A stretch of 64,000 bases of DNA from the NCBI GenBank assembly GCA_009914755.4, contig CP086569.2:62368001-62432000 (forward strand). The letters are read 5' to 3'. Below the pieces are notes generated by a model. That model searched no databases. It saw only the letters and a list, made by a program, of their open reading frames with translations, and was not told the DNA's origin. Both the position numbers and the translations under genes were made by a program. The DNA is from the human T2T-CHM13v2.0 reference genome, Homo sapiens. Each line of letters starts with the position of its first letter. The stretch's first letter is position 1. Shown here one piece after another: positions 14,841 to 29,586 of the stretch.

Positions 14841-17796
14841 AAGCAGAGGGGATTTCCTTATGCTGACTCAGGTAGACGGGAATCCTTTCTTTTTCAGGAA
14901 ACACTGGTCTGTTTTGGGATTTATCTGCTTCCTTAACACTTCAGTTTGGTTGTGTGGCATTTGGCGTCAGTTATTCCATCCTGGTTTGGCCTGGTCTGTT
15001 GTGGCCTAGTGCAGGAGCCCAGTTAATAACTCTCCCCTTTTGGTCAGGTTCTCACCTAGGTGACCAAAACATAGGGCATTAGTAGTACTCTCAGTCACCA
15101 TCATTTTGGGTTTCTGGTCTCAATGTAACGCCAAAGGTTCTTGCCTTAGCCACACCAAAGAATTGATGTGGCGGCAGCCCGCGGTGAGAGAGAGACACGG
15201 ATCAGACTGAGAGAAAAAAGCTGTAGGCTTTATTGAGCAGAGTGGCAGTACAAAGCTTCCACAGCGTGGAAGGGGTCCTGGGCCGGTAGCCAGTGTTAGA
15301 TTTTTTGATCACCCTTTAAACCCTTTAAGGCGGGAAATACGTGCGGCGGGAAGATGTTACCAGAGCGAGAAACAAAGACAATTAACATGTATCAGATCTT
15401 GAGGAAAACCGGAATTGTAACTTAAGGTTTATCTACTTTATGACCTTGCAGCGGCATGGCAAAGGAGACAGGATCTCACAGGATTTTACAAACTGTGTTT
15501 ACAAGGAATCGGAATTGGGAGCATAGATAAGGTTTGCTGGTCACAGAAAAACGGGCTTTTAACATTCCTTTCAGTTTCAGGGGAGGGGGAAGGGAGAGAG
15601 GGAGCGAGGACACAGGGAAGCTTACAGCAAAAGTTTCGCTGTTTATAGCTTTCTTGGGGAAGAAAACACATGCACAAATTCTGATGTTAGGAATATTTTA
15701 AGCATATATCTTCAATATTATTCATCCAGGACCAAAGTAAGTCCTGTTGCAGAAAATGAGTTTCATAGCTTTCTGAGCCCCTGCTAGACCCAGGAAGCCC
15801 AGCTGGCACCTCCTCTCATCAACACATCGTTTCAGTAAAGTCAAGAAAACTTTATTCCATTATTGTTACCAGTGGCAGGTATCCAAGTTACCCTGAGTTA
15901 CTAACAGTGAATCCATATGTGTCTGCAGCAACTTCAGTTCTTGCCTCCTTAGGAGAAAGAATTCGACTGAGGGACATAAAGTGGAAGAAGAGACCAAGGC
16001 GAGTTTTAGAAGAAGAGTGTAAGTTTATTTTAAAAAGGCTTATAGAACAGGAAAGGAAGGAAAATTCGCTTTGAAAGAGACCCAAGTAGGCATCTGAAGG
16101 TCAAAGACAGCATTTAACTTTGATCCTAGGACTTTATAGGCTCACCTCTTTCCCATGATTTTTCCCTTAGGGTGGGCTGCCCGCATGCACAGTGCCCTCC
16201 TTACCCTTGGGAACTGAGCACTTGCCGTCTTTTTAGGAAGCTTGTACGCGTGCCCATCTGAGGCTTTCCTCTCTTTTCTGGTGGAGTGTCCCCAGAAGGT
16301 CATACTTCACCATTTTGTCTCTTAAGCACATGCCCAGGAAGTTTCTTCTCCCTGTCATTTGCATTCAATTAACACTTCAATGTTAACAGCTGTGGATCAT
16401 CAGGAGATTCTCTCTCCCTGGTGCCCTGGTGCTGGCTGCCAAATTAAAAAACCTGCTTGTAACAGAAGTTGAATGGAGCTCATATCTACAGATATTTAGG
16501 TCTGAGTCTTCTGGGCAGCTGTCCTCATCTTAGCTCAAGTAAACTGTAAAATTCTATTTTGTGCCTCAGCTTCTTCCTTTAGGTCAACAATATGAACATA
16601 CTTCAATATGGTACATTTGTTCCTGATGAGCTACTTCTGTTGTACAATCAAATGTAAGGAAGTGTCAATGAAAACAGTCAAACTCTGTAAAACATTTGAA
16701 GAGATTTATTCTGAGCCAAATATGAGTGACTATGGTTAGGACACAGCCCTTAGGAGGTCCTGAGAACATGTACCAAGGTGGTCAGGGTACACCTTGTTAT
16801 TATACATTTTAGGGAGACATGGCACTTCAATCACATACATTTAAGAAATACATTGGCTTGATCTATAAAGCTGGGACAACTCGAAATGGGGGGCTTCCAG
16901 CTTACAGGTAGATTTAAAATTTTTCTGGTTGACCATTGGTTGAATTTATCTAGAGACCTGGGATCAATAGAAAGGAATGTCTGGGTTAAGATAAAGGATT
17001 TTAGAGACCCAAGTTCTTATTTGCAGAGGAAGTCTTCAGGCAGTAGGCTTCACAGAGAATACGTTTTAAAATGTTTCTTATCATACTTAAAGTCTGTGTT
17101 GATGTTAATTCCAAAGAGGTATAATGAGGCATGTCTGACCCTCACTTCCCGTCTTGGCCTGAAACAGTCTCTCAGATTAAATTTTAGAGAGCCTTGGCTG
17201 AGGAGGAAGTCCATTTAGAAGGTTGGGAGCCTTAGAATTTTATTTTTGGTTTACAGAAGTGTATTTTGCTTTTGATATTATTAACTGTATTTCAAGTCTA
17301 ACATGTTTTCCTAGGAGCATTAAATACTCTGTGGATTTTATTACACAAATAAGGCACAGATCCCATTTTATCATTACCTTCATTACTACCTATATTGACA
17401 TAATTTCAACTGAATTTGGAAACATTCCAGAGTCTGGGCTTCCAATAATCCTTTGTGATCCTCTAAAAGGTATATTACATTTTTCCTCAAGACATAACAA
17501 TATCTAAAATCACTCATAGAATGTCCTGCCACTTTTGTTTATCTAGTTTCATCAATTTCTCTAAAATTGACTTTGAATATCCCTTTAAACTCTTCTGTTT
17601 TAGAAAGCATCACAAGGAAACATCGAATGATCGTGGTCACAAAATCTGTTCATATTCTTCCTTTCTCTGAATATTTTTTGCAGTGACAAATATTTGTTTC
17701 TGTTGTATTACTGTTAAAAGGAATGCTTGGAAACAAAGACAAAGATTCATTACAATAAGTGATCCAGTCACAATAAATCAATTTGTCATTTGGACC

Positions 17797-18087
17797 TTTT
17801 TTTTTTTTCTGAGATGGAGTCTTGCTCTGTCACCCAGGCTCGAGTGCAGTGGCGCGATCTCGGCTGACTGCAACCTCCGCCTCTTGGGTTCAAGCAATTC
17901 TGCCTCAGCCTCCTGAGTAACTGGGATTACAGGTGCCTGCCACCACACCCAGCTAATTTTTGTATTTTTAGTAGAGACCAGGTTTCACCATGTTGGCCAG
18001 GCTGGTCTCAAACTCCTGACCTCGTGATCCACCTGCCTTGGCATCCCAAAGTGCTGGGATTACAGGTGTGAGCCACCGTGCCTGGCC
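17797..18087 (-). mobile_element. Alu element
   Basis: Poly-T then reverse-complement Alu consensus, ending ..gtgagccaccgtgcctggcc. Confidence 0.9.
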
Positions 18088-20220
18088 CTTTTTTATTTTT
18101 TAAAGTTGTACTTTTGAAAATGTTCAGCAATGAATTGAAATAGTCTCTAAAATGTGATTTTTTCCCTGGTCTAAGGTGACCAGATTTCTAGAGAGTGAAC
18201 CCAGGACAGAACCACACCACAAGTAAAAAATATGATTAATAAGTTTACACGAGTATGTTATTTTAACATAAAACATGCAAAAGAGGCACTTATTTGGAAT
18301 TATTTATTAGTCTGCATTATATACTTCACAGCATCATGAATGTTCTTATTTTTTAAATGTAGGACTAGTTAGTGTCAATTACTACTATTAGTACAAATAA
18401 TTAACAAACTATAGAAATAATCCCTGAAAGTATAGTCTTAATTATTAGTACAAATAAATAAGCAGATGTTTGAAAAAAATTACGTTTTGAATAAAGTTAT
18501 TATTTTAAATTAGTTTTAGATTCACACAGAAATTAGAAAGAAGAATGCAGATTTCCCCTGTAGCTGCAACCTAGTTTTCCCTCTTATTAACATATTAGTA
18601 TGTATCAGATGTCTTCTTAACATCTTACATCATTTGTTACCATTAATGACCAGATATTAATATGTTATTACTAAATAAGCCCACGTTTTATTTGGTTTCC
18701 CTCAGTTCTATCTTTTTCTATTCTGGGATCCCATCTCAGATCCTACAGGACATTTAGTTGTCATGTCAGGCTCTTCTTGCCTATGATTGTTTCTCAGACT
18801 TTCCTTCTGATAGCCTTGACAGTGTAAGAAAGACTGGTCAGGTATTGTGTAGAAAATATCTCATTGTGGTTTACTTGGTATTTTTCTCATAATTATACTG
18901 GGGTTACGGGTTTGGGGGAAGCAGATCAGATGTGTAGTGCTATTCTAGTCTCTTCATGCTCTCAAGATGCATTATCACCATTAATGTTAATTTTGATCAC
19001 CTGGCTGAGGTAGTGTTTTTAGGTTTCTCACTGTGAAGTTACTTTTTCCCCATGTCCATACTGTATGTATTCTTTTGGAGGAAATAAGCATGCAGAGCCC
19101 ACACTTAAGGAGTAGGGAGTTAGCTCTACTTCCTTGATGGCTGAGTATCTACATTAGGTATTTGGAATTCTTCTGTATAAGATATTTCTATTTGGCCAAT
19201 TTGCATATTTATTTAATCATTTATTTAGACCAGTATGGACAACCAGACAGTTACTTCAATCTTTTGGTTATTATCCAATTGTACAGTATTTTGTTGCTTT
19301 GATTTCCTACCTGTGGCCATTGGGAGATCTTTCTATTGGCTCCTGTTTTCCTTTGACATAACTGCATGTTTTGTTTTGTTTTGTTTTAACAATTTCTTTC
19401 TGACACTTCAAGAGTATCCTGGCTCATATATTTACTGTCTCAGCCCTAGTTTAGCTATTTCTTCCAAGAGCACTGATTTCCCTTATTAGAGAATGGTTTT
19501 AAAAACTTATATCTGGCAGCTAAATATGCTCATTGCATCTTGTCCCTCACAGCTGACAATGCAAGGAAATATATATGTGTGTGTTCTAACCTACATATAC
19601 ATGCCTAATTATAAAGATTTCTATGTGGATCCATCTGTGTATATATTAAGCTACATGTGAGTTTATACTGATATCTCCAATCAATGGACTCTGATCCATT
19701 ATCACAAGAATTATTCTAGCCTCCCCTGCCTTTCTTGTCTGTAAATTCTCACTCTGACAGCAAGGAATTAGCTTCTACCATCTGCCATTTATTTAATCCC
19801 TTGTTCCAGTATAAACACCGAATTTATTGTTGTTGATTCAAATTATAAGTTGTGATTTAATAATAAATATATGTTTGGTCTCTGTCTCTATTTCCTGGTA
19901 CAGAGCTCCCAAAACCCTTACAATTTCTTGAGTGATAGGGGTGCTAGGAGCATTTTTTGTTCTCATATTTGGTCTTTGACCCTGGTTTCTGACACAGAGT
20001 TTCCAAATGCCTTAAAAATCTCTCAGGTAATAGGAATGTCTTTTGCTCTGCTCCTGGATGGCTTCAGGATGGGGCGTGGTCACCAGAAATACCAAGCCAT
20101 GATTAGAAGCTTGTAACTTTCAGCTTCATATCCTATCCTCTGAGGGGAAAGGGGGCTGGAGATTGAGTTAATAATCAATCATGCCTATGTGATAAAGCCT
20201 CCATAAAAATCCCTGAAAGA

Positions 20221-20456
20221 GGTGGGAGGATCACTTCAGGCCAGGAATTTGAGGCCTGCCTAGGCAACACAGTGAGACTCCATCTCTACAGAAAATAAGA
20301 GAGTTGGGTGTGGTAGTGTGTGCACGTAGTCCTAGCTACTTGGGAAACTAAGGCAGAAGGATTGCTTGAGGGCGGGAGTTCAAGGTTGCAGTAAGCTATA
20401 ATTGTACCCCTGCACTCCAGGCTTGGGATAGAGCGAGACTTTGTCTCTTAAAAAAT
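20221..20456 (+). mobile_element. Alu element, 5'-truncated
   Basis: ggtgggaggatcacttcaggccaggaatttgag..gcactccaggcttgggatagagcgagactttgtctcttaaaaaa. Confidence 0.8.
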
Positions 20457-23452
20457 CCTAAAAGATAGGGTTTAAAGAGTTTCTAAATTGTTAAATACAT
20501 CCATGTGCAGGGAGCATGGCAAACCCCAACTCCATGAGGACAGAGCTTCCGCACTTCCAAACTTTGCTTTGTGTACCCCCTTATCTGGCTGTTCATGTGT
20601 TTTCTTTACCATGTCCTTTATAATGAACTGGGGTCTTAGTCCTTTCAGGTTGCTATAAAAAAATACCATAGACTGGGTAACTTTTAAACAACATAAATTT
20701 GTTGCATATAATTCTGGAGCCTGGAAAGTCCAAGATCAAGGCACTGGAAGATTCCATGTCTGGTGAGGGCTCGTCTCTCAGAGATAGTACCTTCTAGCCA
20801 TGTCCTCACATGGCAGAATAGAGAAACAGGCTCCCTACAGACTCTTTTATAAGGGCACTTGTGCCATTCATGAGGGCAGAGCCTTGATTATTGGGGAAAT
20901 CTGTCCCCAGTATTTCAGTGTAGGTTCTTTCTGTTTTTCATAAGTGTCGGCCGGCTGAGAAATAAAGACAGACAGTACAAAGAGAGGAATTTTACAGCTG
21001 GGCTGCCGGGGGTGACATCACATATCAGTAGGACCATGATGTCCACCTAAGTCTCAGACCAGCAAGTTTTTATTAAGGGTTTCAGAAAGGGAGGGAGTGT
21101 AAGAACAGGGAGTAGGTACAAAGATCACATGCTTCAAAAGGCAAAAAGCAGTGCTGCTAGTAAGGGTCTAACAAAGATCACATGCTTCTGAGGGAACAGG
21201 ACAAAGGGCAAAAGCAGAACTACTAATAAGGGTCTATGTTCAGCAGTGCACATATTGTCTTGATAAACATCTTAAATAACAGAAAACAGGGTTCAAGAGC
21301 AGAGAACCGGTCTGACCACAAATTTACCAGGGTGAAGTTTCTCCCCACCCTAGTAAGCCTGAGGGTACTGCAGGAAACCAGGGTGTATCTCAGTCCTTAT
21401 CTCAACTGCATAAGACATACATTCCCAGAGCGGCCATTTATAGACCTCCCCCCAGGAATGCATTCCTTTCCCAGGGTATTGATATTAATATTCCTTGCTA
21501 GGAAAAGAATTTAGTGATATCTCTCCTACTTGCGCGTCCATTTATAGGCTCTCTGCAAGAAGAAAAATATGGCTCTTTTTGCCTGACCCTGCAGGCAGTC
21601 AGACCTTATGGTTGTCTTCCCTTGTTCCCTAAAAATCGCTGTTATTCTGTTCTTTTTCAAGGTGCACTGATTTCATATCATTAAAACACACATGTTTTAC
21701 AATCAATTTATACAGTTAACACAATTATCACAGTGGTCCTGAGGTGACATACATCCTCAGCTTATGAAGATAACAGGATTAAGAGATTAAAGTAAAGACA
21801 GGCATAAGAAATTATAAAAGCATTATTTGGGAACTGATAAATGTCCATGAAATCTTCACAATTTATGTTCCTCTGCCACAGCTCCAGCCAGTCCCTCTGT
21901 TTGGGGTCTCTGACTTCCCACAACACTTGACAATGAATTACCTGTTTAAACCATCCTCTTGGAGGTTAGGTTTCAACATATGAATTTTGGGGGGACACCA
22001 ACATTGAGATCATATTAACCAGTAAACATAAGTAAATGTTTCCCTGAGTTCTATGAGCCATCATAGCAAATTATCAATCCTGAGGAGGAGGTGTGGGACT
22101 GTTCAATTTGCAGCTAAGTCATACAGAAGTATGAGTAAACTGGGGATTTACTAGTTGTGATTGGCATCTGAAGTGGGGGGGGCAGTCTGGTGTTACTGAG
22201 CCCTTAAACTATTAGGTATGTAATAACTCCAGTTAGTTCATGTCATAATTGAACTATATAACACCCAGCTGGTGTCCAGAAAGTTGGAGAATTGGTTGAT
22301 ATGGGAAAATCCCTCATATATTTGGTGTCAGAAGTGAAGTATTGAGAGTATAGATGAAAAACAGGTTTTTTTTTCTTTTTACAGATATACTGGTTTCAAA
22401 ATTGACTATTACCCCTGGGGGAGAGAACTTTATAAAATAGAGACCACTATTTATATTCAGTATATTCTGCTTTTAGACTATAGATTCTACTCATTTCCAA
22501 AGTGACTTAGGTTAGCACTTTCTGCCCATCACCTGCAGTGAGTTTTTCCATAAATTTGTAATACAGTTAGATTCCTGATCCCATTCTATATTTTATCCTT
22601 GGATACTACTGCACCCTAAATGTTTGATTTAATTTGTATAGCTTGTGATTTATTCTTTGGGCTGTAAAACTATATCAGTTTTATAAAATGCATAGTGTCA
22701 GGTATCCACCATTGAAGTACCTTCAAATACCCACCCTATGTAACCACTGATTCGTTTATCTCTGTAATTTTGCCTTTCCCAAAATATGATATAAAATGGG
22801 GTGAAATGGTGGGTAGCCTCTTCAGACTGGCTTCCTTCACTTAGCAGTATACATGCAAGATTTACCCATGTCTTCGCATGCGTAGATAGTTTATTCCTTT
22901 CTATTTATGAATGGTACTCCATTGCATAGATGCACCCCAATTTGATCATGCATTCAGCTATTGAAGGAAATTCTGATTACATTTTGACCATTATGAATAG
23001 AACTGCTGTACATAATTACATGCTGGTATATGTTTGAACATAACTTTTCAAAGCAGTTGTCTAAATACAGGCAATTTAGGAGTGCAATTGTCAGATTATA
23101 AGGTGAGAGTTGTTCAGCTTTGGAAAAAAAAAACTGCGAAAGTGTCTTCTGAAGTGACTGTACCATTATGCGTTCTACCAGCAATGAATGACAGCTCCTA
23201 TTGTTCTTCAGCCTCCAGCAAGTGGTTTATCAGGGCTCTTTTAGAGTTCAGCAGTTCTAAAGGGTGTGCAGCTATCTCATTGTTGTTTTAATTTACAATT
23301 TCCTAATGATATGTTGAGCACCCTTTTGTATGATTATTTGCTATCTTTATATTTTATTTGGTCAGGTGTCCATTTAGCTATTTACTCATTTTAATTGGGT
23401 TTTTAGTTATCTTATTGCTTCTTTTTAAGAGTTCTTTTTGTGTTATCATTAT

Positions 23453-23572
23453 TTTTAGAGACAGTGTCTTGTTATATTGCTCGGACTGGTCTCAAACTAC
23501 TAGCTTCAAGCCATCCTCTTGCCTCAGCCTCCCAAGTAACTGGGATTGCAGGCATGAGCCACCCCACCCAAC
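23453..23572 (-). mobile_element. Alu fragment (left monomer only)
   Basis: agagacagtgtcttgttatattgctcggactggtctcaaactact..gcctcagcctcccaagtaactgggattgcaggcatgagccacc. Confidence 0.7.
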
Positions 23573-25936
23573 ATCTTTTTATATTTTTAATACAATTGTT
23601 TTTACCAGATATGTATTTTGTAAATACTTTCTCCCAGTCTGTGTCTTGTCTTTGTTCTCTGAATAGGCTCTTTCTCAGAGTTGAAAATTTAGTTTTATAA
23701 AGTCTGTGTTATCAGTATTTTTTCTTTTGTGATGTGGCTTTTGGTATTATGTGTTAAACCTCAGCACCAAATCCAAGGTTGCACAGGCTTTCTTCTAGAA
23801 TGTTTATAGTTTTGCATTTCAAATTTCAGCCTATGGATGATTGTGAGTGAATTTTTGCATAATTTTAGTTTGCATGTACATTATTTTCATTCCATATGGT
23901 TTCTAAATAATTGTTCCATCACTATTTTTGAAAAATACACGGGATAGTGAATTTCCAAAATAATCGCACTGAGTAAATGAATGCTGAATTGTATTGATTT
24001 TTCAAGAGAGCCAAGAGGGGGCACACGTCCACCGATAAACTGTGAGCAAGAGCGTCCTGTGCTGAGTCCTGACAGCCACCAGATGGCATGTGAACCCGCC
24101 TCTTCTGACCATCTCCCCTCAGATGGTGGGAGCAGGGAGACAAGAACTTCATTTTCCTCAAGGCTCCAGGATGGAGATCTAAACTTGATACTGTTCAGTG
24201 GTGAATTAAAAGCTTCTGTCCACAACTCGGAGTGTAGCGGAGATTCTGATTCAGAGGATTCTGCACAGGAAGGGTTCATGTAGAAAAATATAACCCCAAA
24301 ATCCCACTGTTGCCATTGCACCCTGAGATCATTCTCAACATCCAAGACATAGTGGCTACAATATATATTCACACAATGGCCTCTAGTAGTTAGTATCCAC
24401 TCAGTGGCCCCTACTACTGATGGAATCATGTCCACACAGTGGCCACTAATGAAATTCACACTCTTTTGAGAATTATTGGTTTCACAGCTTTGGCTGAAAT
24501 GGAGCCTCTATAATGAAGTTTGATGTCATCTCTACTTTCCTGGTATGGTATTGATATGGTTGTTTTATAAAGTAATTTACTTTCCAGTAAATTCATACTT
24601 ATAGGAAACATGCAATGGCAGTACAAAATACCTTTTATCCTTTCTCTCAGATTCCCCAGTGGTCACTCCAGTACCAGATTTGCAACTTCACACAAAATAC
24701 TCTACTGTATTTTACTCAAAGCAGGGACACTCTCCCAGGTAACCACCACATAACCTCCAAATCAGGAAATCAATATGGTTTCTACCTGACAATCCAATCA
24801 GCTGACCCAGTTCACTTTACTGCCTGTGCTGACTGTGAGAAAAATGTCTCTTTCCCTTTGGATCCAGTTTTCTTTTCCTGGAACTGTTCCTGTGACTATC
24901 TCTCAGTTTCACAACCTTGGCAGATTTAAATAATAGAGATGAATCCAAGCTGCCTCTGTCATAGTTTTGCCAATGCACCACAACATAGAAGTTTCTCTTT
25001 GCCTGAGGTAGTACCTGGAGTTCTTTGTCTCATGACCAAGAAAGTTAAGGAGTGCAGACACAAAGGGTGAGGTTGGAGTGAAAGTTTAATAAGCCAAAGA
25101 TGAAAGCTCTCCACTACGGAGAGGGGACCCAGAAGAGGGTTGCTGTTTTTACAGTTGAATGCAAAGGCTTTTATAAGAAACAGATGAGGTCTTGGTATCT
25201 CATTTGCATAAGGCATGAATTTCTGGTGGCGCCACCCCATCTTTCTAGTGCACATGCGGGCTCTTATCTTGAGTTACTACCTATTGCTTTGTTCCCCTTA
25301 CTGTGCATGTGTCAGGGGACAGAATTTTCCATTGTGGGCATGTCTGGGCAAGTCACCTGTGTAGCTTTTCTTATCTGTGTGGCTGTAGCCATGTCTTAGG
25401 CAAGTCCCCTTGTGCATGTTCCCTTATCTGTGCCTGCAGGCTGTTCTTTTGTTTGAAAGGATTCATCTGAGCACCCACCCTAACTGCCTGCCTGACCGGG
25501 TTTTTTCCTTTCTCCTCTCTCACTTCTGCCCCCTGTTTCCTCCTGAGCAGTTGCAAACACTGCACTCCTCAGTACAGCCCACCAGGAGGAACACAGAGCC
25601 ACCCACCCACCACAGGTGATCTCAACTTGATAATGGCAAAATACACACATAAATCTCATCCTGTCACTCTCCTGATTTAATGTTCCTAATGGGTTTCCAC
25701 TGGCCTTAGAACAAGGTCCATATGGCTTTTCATGGTCTACTGGCCCATGAGTGCTCCTGCCTGCTCCCCTCTCCCATTCAGTCAGCCCCAATTACCTGCA
25801 GTCCAATTTGCTTTCAATTACAGGGACATAGCAGGCTTGTGGGTGTCTCAGGAATTTTATGCATGTTCTCTTAACCCATGCACCCAGCGCCCCCAACCTT
25901 ATCAAATTTTCTAAGACTTTGTCCAGCTAATTCTGT

Positions 25937-26475
25937 TGTAGTATGACAAGCCACAGACAAAACCCCTCAGACACCGACTTAAAGAAGGAAGTGGTTTATT
26001 TGGTCGGGAGCATTGGCAAGACTCTTGCCTCAAGAGCTGAGCTCCCCAAGTGAGCAATTCCTGTCCCTTTTAAGGGCTCACAACTCTAAGGGGGTGCACA
26101 TGAGAGGGTCGTGATCAATTGAGCAAGCAGGGATAGGTGACTGGGGGCTGCATGCACTGGTAATTAGATCAGAACAAAACAGGACAGGGATTTTCACAAT
26201 GCTTTTCTATACAATGTCTGTAATCTATAGATAACATAACCAATTAGGTTAGGGGTCGATCTTTAACTACCAGGTCCAGGGTGTGGTGCCGGGCTGTCTG
26301 CTTGTGGATTTTATTTCTGCCTTTTAGTTTTTACTTCTTCTTTCTTTTGATGCAGAAATTGGGCATAAGACAATATGAGGGGTGGTCTCCTCCCTTATTC
26401 CCCCCCCACTTTGAGAATCTCACTCAACAGTGGGAGTTCTCACTTTTATTCTCCTTACCCATGTCTTCTTGCAAG
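25937..26475 (-). mobile_element. ERV 3' LTR
   Basis: The outer about 230 bp (gacaagccacagacaaaacccctcagaca..gggggctgcatgcac) are repeated at 34211-34445. The inner boundary is placed next to the env TM stop codon at 26481. Confidence 0.6.
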
Positions 26476-26480
26476 ACAGA

Positions 26481-26900
26481 TCAATAGTGATTCATATAGT
26501 ACACTTGTGCTGAAGCATTTTGGTGAACTAAGGTAGCAATGAAGCTTTGTATCATTTGAAGAAGTACAGGTAGCAAACAAGGGAGCAGTAAGCAGGTTCC
26601 TATTACTATTATAACTCTTATTATAAGAGGTTTAAATCCTTCTAGCGCTGGGAACCATTTTCCAAACATGGCTGCAGGATCAAATCCATGCCACACTTGC
26701 ACGGGCACATGTGCCAGTTTTGTCATATCTCTAACTATGTCTTCCACTACTTGCCCTTGATCATCTATGTGTAGACAGCAATTAGTAAGGTTAAATTTCC
26801 CACACACCCCTCCTTCAGCTGCTAGCAAGTAGTCGAGAGCCAATCTATTTTGATAGATAGCATTTCTCATCTGAGTTTCTTGCTGGGCCAGTATAGTCAA
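26481..26900 (-). pseudogene. ERV env transmembrane subunit remnant (immunosuppressive-domain-like, CX6CC)
   Basis: 139-aa ORF with [33 protein letters not shown] followed by a hydrophobic membrane anchor [22 protein letters not shown]. This is the typical gamma-type TM layout. Confidence 0.7.
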
Positions 26901-27005
26901 GGCTCTGCCTGTTTTATTAGTGATTATTTCTAAGACAGCTTGTAACCGTGTGATTCAGTTGATCATGTAAATGGGGGTCCAGTATCCCCATGAGCTGTCT
27001 TGTGC

Positions 27006-28240
27006 CTAAGTAGCAGGCCCATAATATTGTATGATTCTCTCAGGGGGCCATTCATCATCTTTCCAATTTCTTATAGCTATGCTTCTCTTTTTGCAGGAAG
27101 CATACACAGGGAAGCCCAGGAGTTCACCTGTTTTTGTGGGCAGTGGGAAGAAAGATGGTCCAATAGTGCCAATAACACAACTACCTGCCCACTGGTCGGG
27201 TAATTTGGCGTAAGCTCTATGCTCCCATATCCAGTATAATCCAGTGGGGGCTGTCCACTCCCGGTGGGACTCCAGGTGAGTCCACCCATTTTGCAACTTT
27301 GGGAATTTACTAAATGGATTCCTTTCTGTGTGATTTGAACTCCACCAAGTGACTGTTTTTGTGGTACCATTATACAGTTTCTGTCCTAGACAACTAAGTA
27401 GCCCTACGGGGTGAGTGAATTCTTTTCTTTCTCTAGCTATGCAATATTGTCCAATAATTGAGGCTTTTAGGACCCAGAAATTATCAGGGTGATTCTTTTC
27501 AGCCAGGAATTCATCAGGAACTCGTCTGTAGCTACTAATTCTCGGGCTTCTCATGGCCATTGATCTCCCATTACAGTTCCTCCACATACATAACATGAAG
27601 TGACATTGAGAGACTGGGCTACATGCTCGGCTAATTGCAAAAACAAATTTCTTGTTTTTCCTGGAATTTCTGGTACTGGCACATTTAATTCATCATAGAA
27701 AGTTGGAAACACTGGCTCAGGAGAGCGTCTGTAAACTTCTCCTCAAACTAAGATATTTACTCAAGGATCCAGTCTGGCCCCATCGATTTCTAAGGTCACA
27801 CGCTCCCCTTTTTTCCAGTGAGGATCAAGGGGGTTGGTTATTACTAGCTCTAAGGGGTTACAATGTCCCTTAGTACAGGAAGGGCCATTTTTTCCTTTCT
27901 GAAGGTGGACTGGATCCTTTTCATTTTTTATCTAAGTGGCCCAAATGACACAAGACGAGCATCCACATTCATTTCTACACAGTCTTAATTCATGACAAAT
28001 GTACTTATTTTCAGTAATATCACCTTTTTCCTAACTAAAAAAGCCGCATCCCCTTCCTAACTTATTGCTATTAATGACAGCACAGGCATCAAATTTCAAG
28101 GTTATGTGTTTGGGCACCCCTTTTTCTTCTGTTCTGGCTAATACTTTACTAGTATCATTTATGAGTCCCCACCAGTCTTCAGTCCTTAATCTTATTTCAA
28201 AAACTGTCCACATGGGAAGCTCAGAGGGGTCATAACACAC
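27006..28240 (-). pseudogene. ERV env surface subunit remnant (fragmented)
   Basis: ORFs 27006-27596 and 28031-28240 on the - strand lie between integrase and TM. Cys-rich with N-glycosylation sequons. Assigned by position, with weak direct similarity. Confidence 0.45.
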
Positions 28241-28505
28241 ATCTGGTCAGTCGTTTTCTGGGCTACATACCTTGTACTGAGTGTCATTATATAAACATGT
28301 TCCTTTTAAAGTTCCTAGGCATTCATAGTAACTATAGAACAGAAAGATTGTTTTAACTTGCTGCCCTACCTCGGTAACCTCATGTATACACTGAGAGCAG
28401 TCTCCATGTGGAGAAAATCAGTGGAAATTTTTACTATACAAGTCCAAATTATAAGGAAAATGAGTCCCATGATGATCTTCCTCATGCTTCAGCCACGTAG
28501 ACCAG

Positions 28506-29586
28506 TCAGCTTCCGGGTGTGACTGGAACAGGGCTTGTTGTCCTCCTCAGAGTCACTTTGCAGGGTTTGTCCGGGCTCGGTTTTGCCTCCCAGGTTTCAG
28601 TGGCTGCAGGTTTCACACGGCTGTGGTGGATCCAGGCTGGGATTCCTTCTACCTTTACAGCCATGGAGGTGGTCAGGAAGATGGTCTGAGGTCCTTTCCA
28701 CCGTGGCCGCAAAGGGGCTACGTTCCAGTCCTTTATCCACACAAGACCACCTGGGGAGAAAGTATGAATTGGGGCGAATAAGCTGATGGGACACCTCTCA
28801 TTTACCCAAGTTGAGATTGTTTGTGTAATTTTTCCTAAAGCCTGTAGCTGTCGCTGTAATTCAATTCCACCTAACTCTCAGGGAGTGCCTGGAAGCTCCC
28901 ATAATATAGGAGGAGGCCTGTGATACAGTATATCATAAGGGGAGTATCCTGTTTTCTTAGAAGGAGTGCATCTAATTTTAAACAATACCATAGGAAGGGC
29001 CTGTATGCACTTTAATCCTGTTTCCTGACATACTTTCCCTATTTTTGATAGTATAATTCATTCGCTCCACCTTTCCGGAACTTTGAGGTCAGTAGGCGGC
29101 ATGTAGCTTCCAAGTGATTCCTAATGCCTTTGCTGTCTTCTGTACCAAGTCAGCCACAAATGCTGGCCCATTATCTGAGCCGATTCATAAGGGCAGTCCA
29201 AACCTAGGAATAAGATCTCAGAGAAGCACACGGGTTACCTCGTAGGCCTTTTCAGTTCGTGTTGGATAAGCCTCCACCCACCCAGAGTAAGTACACACAA
29301 GAACCAGCAAATACTTGTTACCTCCACATTTTGGCATTTCTGTGAACTCCACCTGAAGATCCTCAAAAGGAGCCACTCCATAAGCTTGTATGCCGGGCGG
29401 AACAGTGGGGCCTTGCCTATCAATGTGCTGTGGGCAAGTAACGCACCATTGTGCTACTGCTTTGGCAAGGGCTGGCAAGTGTGAGACGTAGAAGTACTGC
29501 CCTAACAATTTTTCAAGTGACTCTTGTGCTAGATGAGTGGTTTCATGCATGGCCAATACGATTGTGGCTCCCAGCAACTGAGGCAC
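28506..29586 (-). pseudogene. ERV integrase remnant (HHCC zinc finger, catalytic core, C-terminal domain)
   Basis: HETTHLAQESLEKLL..CVTCPQH (HHCC). FTEMPKCGGNKYLLVLVCTYSGWVEAYPTRTEKAYEV (core). [32 protein letters not shown] (C-terminal). Split over several frames. Confidence 0.7.

Noticed and set aside
23887-24459. 190-aa ORF on the - strand in an AT-rich region
   Set aside because: No recognisable domain. It overlaps repeat-like sequence, including a short imperfect tandem repeat at 24340-24440 (cacagtggcc..ctact..gat). It is isolated, without splice signals. Most likely a chance ORF in repeat-derived DNA.
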